Origin: Synechococcus sp.
Lineage (GTDB): Bacteria; Cyanobacteriota; Cyanobacteriia; Thermostichales; PCC-7336
Assembly (NCBI GenBank): GCA_051439425.1
Contig: JBFRWD010000032.1
Span: 1-51,374, forward strand
Length of the DNA: 51,374 nt
Direction: 5' to 3'
Shown here: positions 18,681 to 27,488 of the stretch, piece after piece
Layout: the number at the start of each line of letters is the position of its first letter
How positions within the stretch are numbered: position 1 is the stretch's first letter
Notes under the pieces: generated by a model
The model's input: only the letters and a program-made list of their open reading frames with translations
What the model was told of the DNA's origin: nothing
Databases searched by the model: none
Position numbers and translations under genes: made by a program

Positions 18681-20660
18681 ATGAATAAGTCTCAGACCTT
18701 TCTTGTTGAGCAAATTGTCGGCGGATTGTTTGAAGAATTTACGACATTCGAAAACCTCGGTGATGTTTTGATTGGTGATAAGGGGAATAACAATCTTCAA
18801 GGAAGTGATAAAGACGACATCTTCTTCGCGGGAAGTGGTGATGATACTGCTTTAGGCGGCGCTGGAAATGATGTCATTTTTGCTGGAAGTGGCAATGATA
18901 TTGTTATTGGCCAAACCGGCGATGATGTCGCCTTTTTAGGGAAGGGTGATGACCGCTTTATCTGGAACAACGGCGATGGTAGTGACTTCATCAACGGTGG
19001 TAAAGGCTTTGATATTACCCAAGTGAACGGTGCCGATGGTGCTGGCGATGAGTTTGACTTGCGTGAAGCTCATGGTCAGGCCATTTTCAATCGTCTCAAT
19101 CTGGGGCTCTTTACCCTAACCAACGAAAAGATCGAGCAGTTTGAGATTAATGGCCAGGGCGGTGATGACTCTTTGACAGTTGGCGATCTTAGCGGCAGCG
19201 GAGTTCAAAAAGTTGTCTTCAAAGGCGGCAAGGGAAATGATGTGCTGGACGCTAGAGAAAGCTCGACCACCCTTAAGGCTGTTGGGGGTAAAGGCGATGA
19301 TTTGTTGCTGGGCGGCTCCGCCGAAGATAAGTTTTTTGCGGGTTCTGGAGATGACACTGTTGTCGGTCAGCGGGGAGATGATACTGCCTTTTTAGGGAAA
19401 GGTGATGACCGCTTCATCTGGAACAACGGCGATGGCAGTGACTTCATCAACGGTGGTAAAGGCTTTGATACTACCCAAGTGAACGGTGCCGATGGTGCTG
19501 GCGATGAGTTTGACTTGCGTCAATCTGGCAGACAAGCCATTTTTAATCGTCTCAATCTGGGGCTCTTTACCCTGACCAATAGAAAGATCGAACAGTTTGA
19601 AATCAACGGCCAAGGTGGTGACGACTCGCTGACAGTAGGCGATCTCAGCCGCAGCGATGTTGAAAAAGTTGTCTTCTCGGGCGGCAAAGGCAACGATGTG
19701 TTGGACGCGAGAGAAAGCTCTACTACCCTTGAGGCTTTTGGGGGTGATGGCGACGATTTGCTGCTGGGTGGCTCCGCCGAAGATACGTTTTTTGCAGGCA
19801 GTGGCAATGACATCGTTGTCGGTCAGCGGGGAAACGATACCGCCTTTCTGGAAGATGGTGACGACCGCTTCATTTGGAACAATGGCGATGGCAGTGACTT
19901 CATCAACGGTGGCACAGGTTTTGATGTCACCCAAGTGAACGGTGCCGATGGTGCTGGCGATGAGTTTGACTTGCGCGCAGTGGATGGTCAGGCCATTTTT
20001 AATCGATTCAATCTAGGGCTATTTACCCTAACTAACGAAGAGATTGAACAGTTTGAAATTAATGGCCAGGGCGGTAATGACTCATTTACGGTGGGTGACC
20101 TCAGCGGCAGCGGGGTTCAATCCGTTGTTTTCTCGGGTGGCGACGGCAATGATTTTCTGAATGGGAGTGGTACGGCTACACCCATTACTGCTGATGGGGG
20201 TGATGGTGACGACATTCTCATCGGTGGCAGCGGTGACGATATTCTCATTGGCGGCGGCGGTGCTGATTTGTTGATTGGCGGTGGCGGTAATGACATTCTG
20301 ATTGGCGGGAGTGGGGCCAATTTATTTGGCTTTGATACTGGCGCTGCCTTTAATGCTGCAGATATTGGTACAAATGCGATCCAAAACTTTGGGAGCAATG
20401 ACAGCATTGTGCTGGATACCACGGTCTTTACCGAGTTGACCAGCGCAATTGGTGGGGGGCTATCTGCCAGCGAGTTCGCCATTGTCGATAGTGCAGAAGA
20501 AGCCGCCTTGAGCGATGCCCTAATTGTCTACGGCGCAAGTACGGGTGAACTGTATTACAACTCGAACGGTGCTGAAGCAGGGTTTGGAAGCGGCTCCAAG
20601 TTTGCCACCATCGAAGGCGCACCTGTGCTTGATGCTGACAGCTTTGTTATTCAGGCATAA
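18681..20660 (+). CDS. RTX/hemolysin-type calcium-binding secreted protein with three ~152-aa repeats
   Basis: AAGGAG RBS, many GGxGxD nonapeptides, a 456-bp period (DRFIWNNG codons at 18951, 19407, 19863) and a T1SS-type C-terminus (LYYNSNG...FATIEG). Confidence 0.9.
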   Translation: MNKSQTFLVEQIVGGLFEEFTTFENLGDVLIGDKGNNNLQGSDKDDIFFAGSGDDTALGGAGNDVIFAGSGNDIVIGQTGDDVAFLGKGDDRFIWNNGDGSDFINGGKGFDITQVNGADGAGDEFDLREAHGQAIFNRLNLGLFTLTNEKIEQFEINGQGGDDSLTVGDLSGSGVQKVVFKGGKGNDVLDARESSTTLKAVGGKGDDLLLGGSAEDKFFAGSGDDTVVGQRGDDTAFLGKGDDRFIWNNGDGSDFINGGKGFDTTQVNGADGAGDEFDLRQSGRQAIFNRLNLGLFTLTNRKIEQFEINGQGGDDSLTVGDLSRSDVEKVVFSGGKGNDVLDARESSTTLEAFGGDGDDLLLGGSAEDTFFAGSGNDIVVGQRGNDTAFLEDGDDRFIWNNGDGSDFINGGTGFDVTQVNGADGAGDEFDLRAVDGQAIFNRFNLGLFTLTNEEIEQFEINGQGGNDSFTVGDLSGSGVQSVVFSGGDGNDFLNGSGTATPITADGGDGDDILIGGSGDDILIGGGGADLLIGGGGNDILIGGSGANLFGFDTGAAFNAADIGTNAIQNFGSNDSIVLDTTVFTELTSAIGGGLSASEFAIVDSAEEAALSDALIVYGASTGELYYNSNGAEAGFGSGSKFATIEGAPVLDADSFVIQA

Positions 20661-20691
20661 ACGCTTCTGAAGAGTCCGCGAATTTTCTTAA

Positions 20692-20746
20692 GCTACGTCC
20701 GATTTAAATCTAGTTTTTCTCAGAAAAATCTGTAATTGGACGTGGC
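20692..20746 (+). terminator. Stem-loop downstream of the RTX gene
   Basis: GCTACGTCCGATT...AATTGGACGTGGC with an inner TTTTTCT/AGAAAAA pairing; no clear poly-T tail. Confidence 0.4.
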
Positions 20747-21140
20747 CCCATTTCAGTCACTAACTATTGTCGACAGGAGAAAATCTCATGCCTGTTCAAT
20801 CTGAATGTCACTAACGGTGCAGCAGCTCAGCAAGCATCATCCGCAATGCGATCGGTGGAGTCAACTACATCGACTTAGGTGATTGTAGGTCAGACCATTT
20901 GAATGCTTGAGTGTGAGTCTGAGCCAGGTTTCAAGAGTTTTTGAAAACTAAAATCGCCCAATTGACGAACTGAATCATAAGTTTCCCGGCACGTTTAAGT
21001 ATGCCGTTCTGAAATCAAACGGCATTCCCAAAATTGCAGACTTGCAGTTATCTATCACTAGTCTTTTGGTAAGAAAGGCGTTGATTTATGACTCCTGATT
21101 TGCAAACGAAATTTTAGTTTTGGTAGGGAGGTCGAAGTCA

Positions 21141-22613
21141 ATGAACCTCAGTTTTGATAGTGTTCTGTCGGTATCGCCAGCAACAATAGTGAGTTGGATG
21201 GTTGGAGTCGTTATTTTAAGATTGACGATCGCTCGACTGCTTCCAAAGACTAAGTCCGAACATACGGCTTCGACGTTTGAGCGACTGTTAAACAGCTTCC
21301 AAATTTGGGCGTTGAAGCATCCCAACGCTGTCTTCAGCCGATTGGTGCTACCAATTATCACTCTCGTCGAAGGAGTAATGGCCAATTTTCCGACCTATCT
21401 CGATGCCAAACGACTGGCATTGGGGTCAAGTTTTTGCTGTGCGGGGCAGGTGGTAATAGGCGACTTTAACGCACTCAAAACAGCGCTTACATCTCCCCAG
21501 GCGCGGACTTGGCGACTGGGAACATCTCCACTCGATGCTCATTTCTCCCCCAATCTGGATGTAGGGGGACGCAACGTTTTTCTCCTATCACTCTCCGATG
21601 TTGGTGCAGGTGGAGCTGGCGATCGCGAGGTGTTTAGACAGGCGCTAGAGAACTACACTCTCAGTGCGGCCTCAAAAGAACGACAGCTCGACGCCACAGC
21701 TCTGAAACTACTCGATCGCTTGGCTGCCGATTACGCTGAAATGCCTCACGGTCCGGGAGATGTCTTTTTCACCGACAACCACCGCGGGTGGATGGGCTTC
21801 CTAGTGCGATACATTCACTACGTGATGCTGGGGATTGACCCAGCAGACTCCGCGACAATAGAGATACTGACCGATCTGCATTACACCCGACGAGGCACGG
21901 TGCATTACTTTGCCGGTATCGGTCGGTTGTTTCGATGGTTGAATATTCGCGGTCACCGTCACATTTCCCAGCTCATCGAGCAGGCGGCAACGATCTACGA
22001 GCAATCGCCAGCTCTGGCCGATTTCCCCGCAACACCGGACGGGGCTGAGGGTATGACCCGACGAGAGTTGGCGAAATTGCTGACGGCCATTCTCAGTGTT
22101 GCGGGTCTGCAGGGGCCTCTGCACCTGGGGTATACGGCGATGGGGTTTCGGCCCCTGCCTGCCTATAAAGGTCAGCATACGGCCGAGATCGATCCCGTAC
22201 AGTATTGGGACCGTCTCGATCTCGACGATCGCGAGGGCGTACGGCGGTTCGTTCTAGAATGTGCCCGAATTTGGGCCCCAGTGTCTGCTACGCACCGCGT
22301 TGCGACAGAGCCGTTCACCACCACAATCTCCGGTCAAGAGCAGACGTTTCCTGCCGGAACGCTGGTTCTGATCCCGATGAGTTTGGGATTACTGGACAGC
22401 AGCTTTTGGGGGCCGACGACCTACGAATTTGATGCTCAGCGCGAGAATCTTTGCCCCTATCACATGGGCTTTCATTCTGTGGGCGATCGCCATGCTGGGC
22501 GCATGTGCCCCGGAAAAGATCTGGCCCTCGACATGCTGGTTGACGTGCTGATTTCAGTTGGACGGGTTCGCCGTTCCCTTAAGGTTGGCAGCCTTGTAAA
22601 GACTGTCAGGTGA
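21141..22613 (+). CDS. Atypical cytochrome P450
   Basis: ExxR (LECARIWAPV), FPAGTLV, a PERF-equivalent YEFDAQR, heme Cys in RMCPGKDLA and an N-terminal membrane anchor. Confidence 0.8.
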   Translation: MNLSFDSVLSVSPATIVSWMVGVVILRLTIARLLPKTKSEHTASTFERLLNSFQIWALKHPNAVFSRLVLPIITLVEGVMANFPTYLDAKRLALGSSFCCAGQVVIGDFNALKTALTSPQARTWRLGTSPLDAHFSPNLDVGGRNVFLLSLSDVGAGGAGDREVFRQALENYTLSAASKERQLDATALKLLDRLAADYAEMPHGPGDVFFTDNHRGWMGFLVRYIHYVMLGIDPADSATIEILTDLHYTRRGTVHYFAGIGRLFRWLNIRGHRHISQLIEQAATIYEQSPALADFPATPDGAEGMTRRELAKLLTAILSVAGLQGPLHLGYTAMGFRPLPAYKGQHTAEIDPVQYWDRLDLDDREGVRRFVLECARIWAPVSATHRVATEPFTTTISGQEQTFPAGTLVLIPMSLGLLDSSFWGPTTYEFDAQRENLCPYHMGFHSVGDRHAGRMCPGKDLALDMLVDVLISVGRVRRSLKVGSLVKTVR

Positions 22614-22617
22614 CGAA

Positions 22618-22643
22618 TATCGCTCAAGCTTGTCGGTCTTCGC
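22618..22643 (+). repeat. 26-bp direct repeat, copy 1
   Basis: TATCGCTCAAGCTTGTCGGTCTTCGC; 25/26 identical to 24254-24279. Confidence 0.85.
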
Positions 22644-22804
22644 TTGATTCCTTCGGGAATTGCTGCCGAAAGGCCCATAGTCACCGAAGCCGAGAGATCG
22701 CTCCCCCGACTCAGTTTCGGCGATCGCAGACACCTCAGAAGTTGGTGAGAAATGCGAGTAGACTGCTCGTGGGACGGAAGCACACCCTATTTGTCCAATT
22801 ATTC

Positions 22805-23368
22805 ATGGCTCGTATCTCTCCAGATACCTCAGATCGTGAGCTAATTCAAGAATTGAAAGGTGGCAACCAAGCGGCACTGACCCTGCTCTACGATCGCTAC
22901 GGCGGTTTGGTATACACTGTTGCCCTCAAGATTCTCAAACAGCCTACCGAAGCAGAAGACCTCACCCAAGAGATCTTTTTGAGCTTCTGGAAGCAAGATA
23001 AGTTTGACCCCGATCGGTCTGCCCTCAGTACCTATTTGGGCATTTTGACCCGGTCGCGGGCGTTGAATCGCATCTCCAGTCACAGCAGTCGCCAACGCAC
23101 GTTAGAACGGTTACAGGGTCTGTTTTCCTCTCGCAATAGCTCCACTCCACTTGAGGATGCATCGCTTAGCGAACGCAAAGAGATTCTGCAGCGGGCGGTG
23201 GCCCAGCTGTCCGACCAGCAGCGACAAATCTTAGAGATGAATTTCTATCAGGGGCTGAGCCATTCTGAAATTTCTCAGCGGTTAGACATACCGTTGGGCA
23301 CCGTTAAGACAACAGCTCGACGCAGCCTGATTCAACTTCGGGAGCAATTGGGAGAGGCAGTAAGATGA
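22805..23368 (+). CDS. ECF sigma-70 factor (SigK-like)
   Basis: LYDRY, AEDLTQEIF, GLSHSEIS..LDIPLGTVKT; likely start ATG 22805. Confidence 0.9.
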   Translation: MARISPDTSDRELIQELKGGNQAALTLLYDRYGGLVYTVALKILKQPTEAEDLTQEIFLSFWKQDKFDPDRSALSTYLGILTRSRALNRISSHSSRQRTLERLQGLFSSRNSSTPLEDASLSERKEILQRAVAQLSDQQRQILEMNFYQGLSHSEISQRLDIPLGTVKTTARRSLIQLREQLGEAVR

Positions 23369-24156
23369 GCGAACGCGATCGGGTAGCACCATTGTCCGAA
23401 CAGGAGCAATTACTAATTGCAGGATTTGTATTGGGCGATCTGACAGCTGAAGAAACCGCACGGTTAAAGCAGCTGGCAACCTCCAATCCCGAGATTCGCC
23501 GGGAAATTCGGGCCATGCAAACCAGCTTGGAGGTGCTGCCACAGGCCTTACCGCTGGCATCACCTCCTCCCAGTCTGCGTCAACGGATTGTTGCAGCAGC
23601 CCCTGCCGCCGTAGAAGCCATTCCTACCCCTGCAGACATAGCGTCTGTACCGAGTCGCTGGCGATTGACCCGCCGGGCACCAGCACTTCTGAAATTACTT
23701 GCCGCTCTGGGAGGCTTATTCGCCCTGCTATTGGCAGCAGATAACCTCCGACTGCGGTCCCAACTCCAACTGGCAAGAGAGGATAACTTGGAGCAAGTGG
23801 CCACCATTTTGCAACAACCCACTAGTCGCTTAATTTCCCTAGAAGGGGACCAGAATGGGGCGGCTGGCACGCTACTGTTTACCCCGGGAAATTGGAGCGA
23901 AGTGATTGTTTCGCTAGGCAATCTGCCACCGTTACCTCCCGAGCGTATCTATCGCATGTGGCTGTCTTTGGATAATGGCGATGCCATCTTGTGTGGCGAA
24001 TTCAATACGGAATCAGATGGGTCGGTATTTGTCAGGTTTACACCGCCCGAGTCCCCTCCTGAAGGAGTGAAGGCCACCGAGCTTTACGTTACTCAAGAAG
24101 CCCTTGACAGCATCCCTAGACCTCAGGCAGAGCGGGTGATGGAGGGGTTAGTGTGA
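23365..24156 (+). CDS. Anti-sigma factor (RskA type)
   Basis: Overlaps the sigma gene end. N-terminal AGFVLGDL and PPPSLRQRI, one TM segment, and a C-terminal LPPLP...YRMW motif. Confidence 0.85.
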   Translation: MSERDRVAPLSEQEQLLIAGFVLGDLTAEETARLKQLATSNPEIRREIRAMQTSLEVLPQALPLASPPPSLRQRIVAAAPAAVEAIPTPADIASVPSRWRLTRRAPALLKLLAALGGLFALLLAADNLRLRSQLQLAREDNLEQVATILQQPTSRLISLEGDQNGAAGTLLFTPGNWSEVIVSLGNLPPLPPERIYRMWLSLDNGDAILCGEFNTESDGSVFVRFTPPESPPEGVKATELYVTQEALDSIPRPQAERVMEGLV

Positions 24157-24253
24157 CAATTCTGCCCGAATGGGGTTTCAGGCAGAAGGACTGAGTCTGA
24201 AAGACTCAGCCAGCCCTGGTGGCGGCTGACTTCCTGCTGGCTTAAAAAGGGTC

Positions 24254-24279
24254 TATCGCTCAAGCTTGTCAGTCTTCGC
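24254..24279 (+). repeat. 26-bp direct repeat, copy 2
   Basis: TATCGCTCAAGCTTGTCAGTCTTCGC. Confidence 0.85.
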
Positions 24280-24355
24280 CCTCTCCATAGGGCACAGTTG
24301 AGCTTTAGGCTATGAGAGCGCTTTTCCGGCGTTTGCACTTACGATTTGCACCATT

Positions 24356-25633
24356 GTGTCCACTATTTTTGCTGGTGTTCCCGTCATTCTCGGCAGTATC
24401 GGATTATTCCTGAGTCTTTGGATTGTTTTACCTGCGGTGACTGCTACGGTCTTGCCGCTGACGGTTGGGGCTCCCGAAATCAGTCCGTGGTTGATGGCAG
24501 GAAATGCAATCGCGATCGCTGTTGCGGCTAGCATTCGCACCTACCCATTCTGGAAAGCATCTGTGGTGGTGGCTAGTTTGGCATTCACTCTCAGTAGTTT
24601 TCCTTTGGTGCAACTGCCGTTCGTTGCGCACCAGCTTTCTGCCGATCTGCAGCAAATCGTCGGGGAGGCGTATTTTTCTACTACTGGCTCTAGTTCCGCT
24701 AGTGCAAATACATTTAGCGCCAGCCCAGCCCTCGCTGCATCTCGAACCCATCCCTTTAATATTCTCGATAGCCTGCGCGGGATTCCTACGGCTGATGTTC
24801 TTCACGACCCAGACATACCGTTTGCTGGCCCTGAGGGGATAGAGCTAAGCCTGGATATCTATCGACCCGCCCGGACATCATCAACTGCATCTTCCGCTGG
24901 GCCTGCCACCCTCAACCCTACCCTCATCAGCATTTACGGAGGCGCTTGGCAGCGGGGGAGTTCTGCCGACAATGCAAAGTTCAATCGATATATGGCCAGC
25001 CAGGGATATACGGTGGTGGCGATCGAGTACCGACATGCGCCGCAATTTCGCTTCCCAGCCCAGATTGACGATGTGTGGACGGCGATGAGGTGGATTAACG
25101 AACAGGCAGAACAGTACGACATCGATCGCGATCGGATCGCTGTTGTGGGGCGATCGGCTGGGGCCCAATTGGCCATGCTGCTGGCTTATTCCAAACAGCC
25201 CCTGACTGCCGACCCTCTGGCTGCGGATACTCCCAAGATTCGGGCCGTGGTTAACTTCTACGGCCCGGTCAATTTAGCCAATGGATATCGCAATCCTCCC
25301 ACCCCCGATCCGATCGACACTCGCGAAACGTTAGAGACTTTCTTGGGAGGATCGCCTGATGAGTTGCCCGAGCTGTATCGCCAAGCGTCTCCCATTTCAT
25401 ATGTTCGGCCCGATCTGCCACCCTCGTTACTGATTTATGGAGGCCGAGATTTGGTGGTCAAGGCCGAGTATGGGCGGGAGCTGGCTCAGGCGCTGGAGAC
25501 TGCTGGCAATACGGTGGCCTGGGTTGAGATTCCGTGGGCAGACCATGCCTTTGACACCATTTTCAACGGAGTTAGCAGCCAACTGTCTCTGTATTACATC
25601 GAGCGATTCTTGGCCTGGGCACTGAGTTCGTAA
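24356..25633 (+). CDS. Membrane-anchored alpha/beta hydrolase (HSL-like esterase/lipase)
   Basis: LDIY, YGGAW oxyanion motif, YRHAP, nucleophile GRSAG, D (GRDLVV) and H (ADHAFD); N-terminal TM segments. Confidence 0.9.
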   Translation: MSTIFAGVPVILGSIGLFLSLWIVLPAVTATVLPLTVGAPEISPWLMAGNAIAIAVAASIRTYPFWKASVVVASLAFTLSSFPLVQLPFVAHQLSADLQQIVGEAYFSTTGSSSASANTFSASPALAASRTHPFNILDSLRGIPTADVLHDPDIPFAGPEGIELSLDIYRPARTSSTASSAGPATLNPTLISIYGGAWQRGSSADNAKFNRYMASQGYTVVAIEYRHAPQFRFPAQIDDVWTAMRWINEQAEQYDIDRDRIAVVGRSAGAQLAMLLAYSKQPLTADPLAADTPKIRAVVNFYGPVNLANGYRNPPTPDPIDTRETLETFLGGSPDELPELYRQASPISYVRPDLPPSLLIYGGRDLVVKAEYGRELAQALETAGNTVAWVEIPWADHAFDTIFNGVSSQLSLYYIERFLAWALSS

Positions 25634-25682
25634 GTTAAATGTCCTGACTGCAATGACTAACGCTACGAGCACCCAGCCTGGG

Positions 25683-27200
25683 TTACGCGCTCTGCTGTTC
25701 GATAATATCCATGACCTGCATGTAAGCGGGGTCGTCCGGTTGAATTTCCCGCTCGTCCGATGCCTCACCGCTGTTGGCCAATAGCTTTTTGGCGTTATCC
25801 ACCACAATTGTGTTGGCGATGAGTTCTAGGGCATCGTAGCGATCAATATTGTTGAGGGCATCTACGTACTTACGGCTGTGGGCATGCCGCACCGACTCCT
25901 GACAATAATTGGATAGCTCGCGACTTTCGGTCAACACTTCAAACGCGAACTCTTTCTCTTTTTCGTTGCCGTACAGCCCTTTATATAGCAGGTTAATCAT
26001 GGAAGCGTCGTGATACGGAATTGAGTACTTTTCCTCAATTTGAGGCCAGTACTTCAAGGCTTTTAGTCCTTCCAATGCTCCTTTATTCAGCCCGCGCAAC
26101 TCGCACCACTCTTCAAACTCGGCAATGTCATACGGACAGCGACCGTGTTCTAGCATCCCTTGAGCGAGTGCCTGACCCGCTTGGAAATTGCGGGTGGGCT
26201 TGCCTTGGGCAGGCAGCATCATACTGCCACGCACATCTGCCACGATCGCCGATAGTTGTGTAAACGTGTGGTCGCGCACTCGCTCCGAAAAGCCTCCGGT
26301 ATTGAGTGTGGCTTCGATGCGGGGTACGGCATAGCCCAGCTCGGTCAGGGCGATGGTCTGGCCGCTATAGAGCAGATGGCGATCTTTGCGAGACATGGCG
26401 ACCGTTGCCGCTTGATCCAGACATTGATTCAGCAAAAGGGTTAGCAATGTTGGCAGCATGCCGGAATTTTGCTGATGATATTCGTATCCAAATCCTGCAA
26501 AAATCGATGCCATGTTTTTGGCAGATTTTATATATTGCGCTTCAACATTGTGGATGCCGGGAGATACCTGAATGTTGGGGGAAATTCGATTCAGCATGTG
26601 GGCCCCTAGCAGGGCTGTGAGGGCATCTGGGTGACAGAAATTTGCGGTGAAGCTATCGACCGGATCGCGGAGGGCTCCGTAGCGATGAAAGCCGGAGAAA
26701 AAGGCTAAATCGGTATATTTTTCGCACAATACGTACGATTCATTTCTGGTGCCGTCGTGGTTAAAGCTACCTGCCAAACATGCCAGAACCACATTGGGAC
26801 GATTCAGTTTTTTCTTGAGCGCTCGAGCCTGTTTCCAGTCCTGCTCGATGTATTTACTGTTGGAACTGAGTAGGACAAGGTCGCACTTTTCAATCAAATA
26901 CTGCAACGTATTTTCAGTCGAGACACCATCGTCTTTGTGGCGAGACATGCGCCTCATTTTGGCCACATGTCGGGGGTCCATTCCGTCTAATTCTTGTTGC
27001 GAAAACGCCCCAAACAGGTCTCGTCCGGGGCGAGTGGCTAGTAATAGAGATTTCTCGCTCTTCTGCATCGCTGAGTTATAAGCCAAAGAGGCCGGATACA
27101 ACCCAATGCTGTAAAAGCCTACTTTTGCCCGAGTCAATTGACGAATGCGCTGCTTTAAGCCGCGCTTATCTAACGAACTGCCGAAGAAACTATTTTGCAT
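25683..27200 (-). CDS. Hypothetical protein, putative divergent NAD(P)H-dependent glycerol-3-phosphate dehydrogenase (GpsA-like)
   Basis: Motifs VEAQYIKSAKNMASIFAG, PTRNFQAGQALAQG and ALEGLKAL parallel GpsA C-domain motifs. Lies downstream of ggpS-glpD. Start uncertain (27200 or 27296). Confidence 0.6.
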   Translation of the reverse strand: MQNSFFGSSLDKRGLKQRIRQLTRAKVGFYSIGLYPASLAYNSAMQKSEKSLLLATRPGRDLFGAFSQQELDGMDPRHVAKMRRMSRHKDDGVSTENTLQYLIEKCDLVLLSSNSKYIEQDWKQARALKKKLNRPNVVLACLAGSFNHDGTRNESYVLCEKYTDLAFFSGFHRYGALRDPVDSFTANFCHPDALTALLGAHMLNRISPNIQVSPGIHNVEAQYIKSAKNMASIFAGFGYEYHQQNSGMLPTLLTLLLNQCLDQAATVAMSRKDRHLLYSGQTIALTELGYAVPRIEATLNTGGFSERVRDHTFTQLSAIVADVRGSMMLPAQGKPTRNFQAGQALAQGMLEHGRCPYDIAEFEEWCELRGLNKGALEGLKALKYWPQIEEKYSIPYHDASMINLLYKGLYGNEKEKEFAFEVLTESRELSNYCQESVRHAHSRKYVDALNNIDRYDALELIANTIVVDNAKKLLANSGEASDEREIQPDDPAYMQVMDIIEQQSA

Positions 27201-27488
27201 TACTACCTGAACTGCTGGATGGCGACTGTTGTTGACTCTGTATGCTGAAATAGACCTCACGTTTGAGGGTTGATGGTTTGTGGAGTTTAACCTCATGTGC
27301 GAGCTGTCTCACCATAAAACATGTCTATAGGTCTGTGAAAATAAAGCCTTAAATCTTTGATTTCCTTAACTCTTCATACCTAAGATTCCCAGAACAAAGG
27401 AAATAACTTGGCAGGAATGCGAGGGAGGCAGTATCGACAATGACATGGGTGTATCCGTGCAGATTATCTCCTGACTGCCTCTATGGAC

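Noticed and set aside
24930..24950. YGG instead of HGG in the esterase oxyanion motif as a sign of inactivation
   Set aside because: The Ser-Asp-His triad is intact and this is a minor variant.
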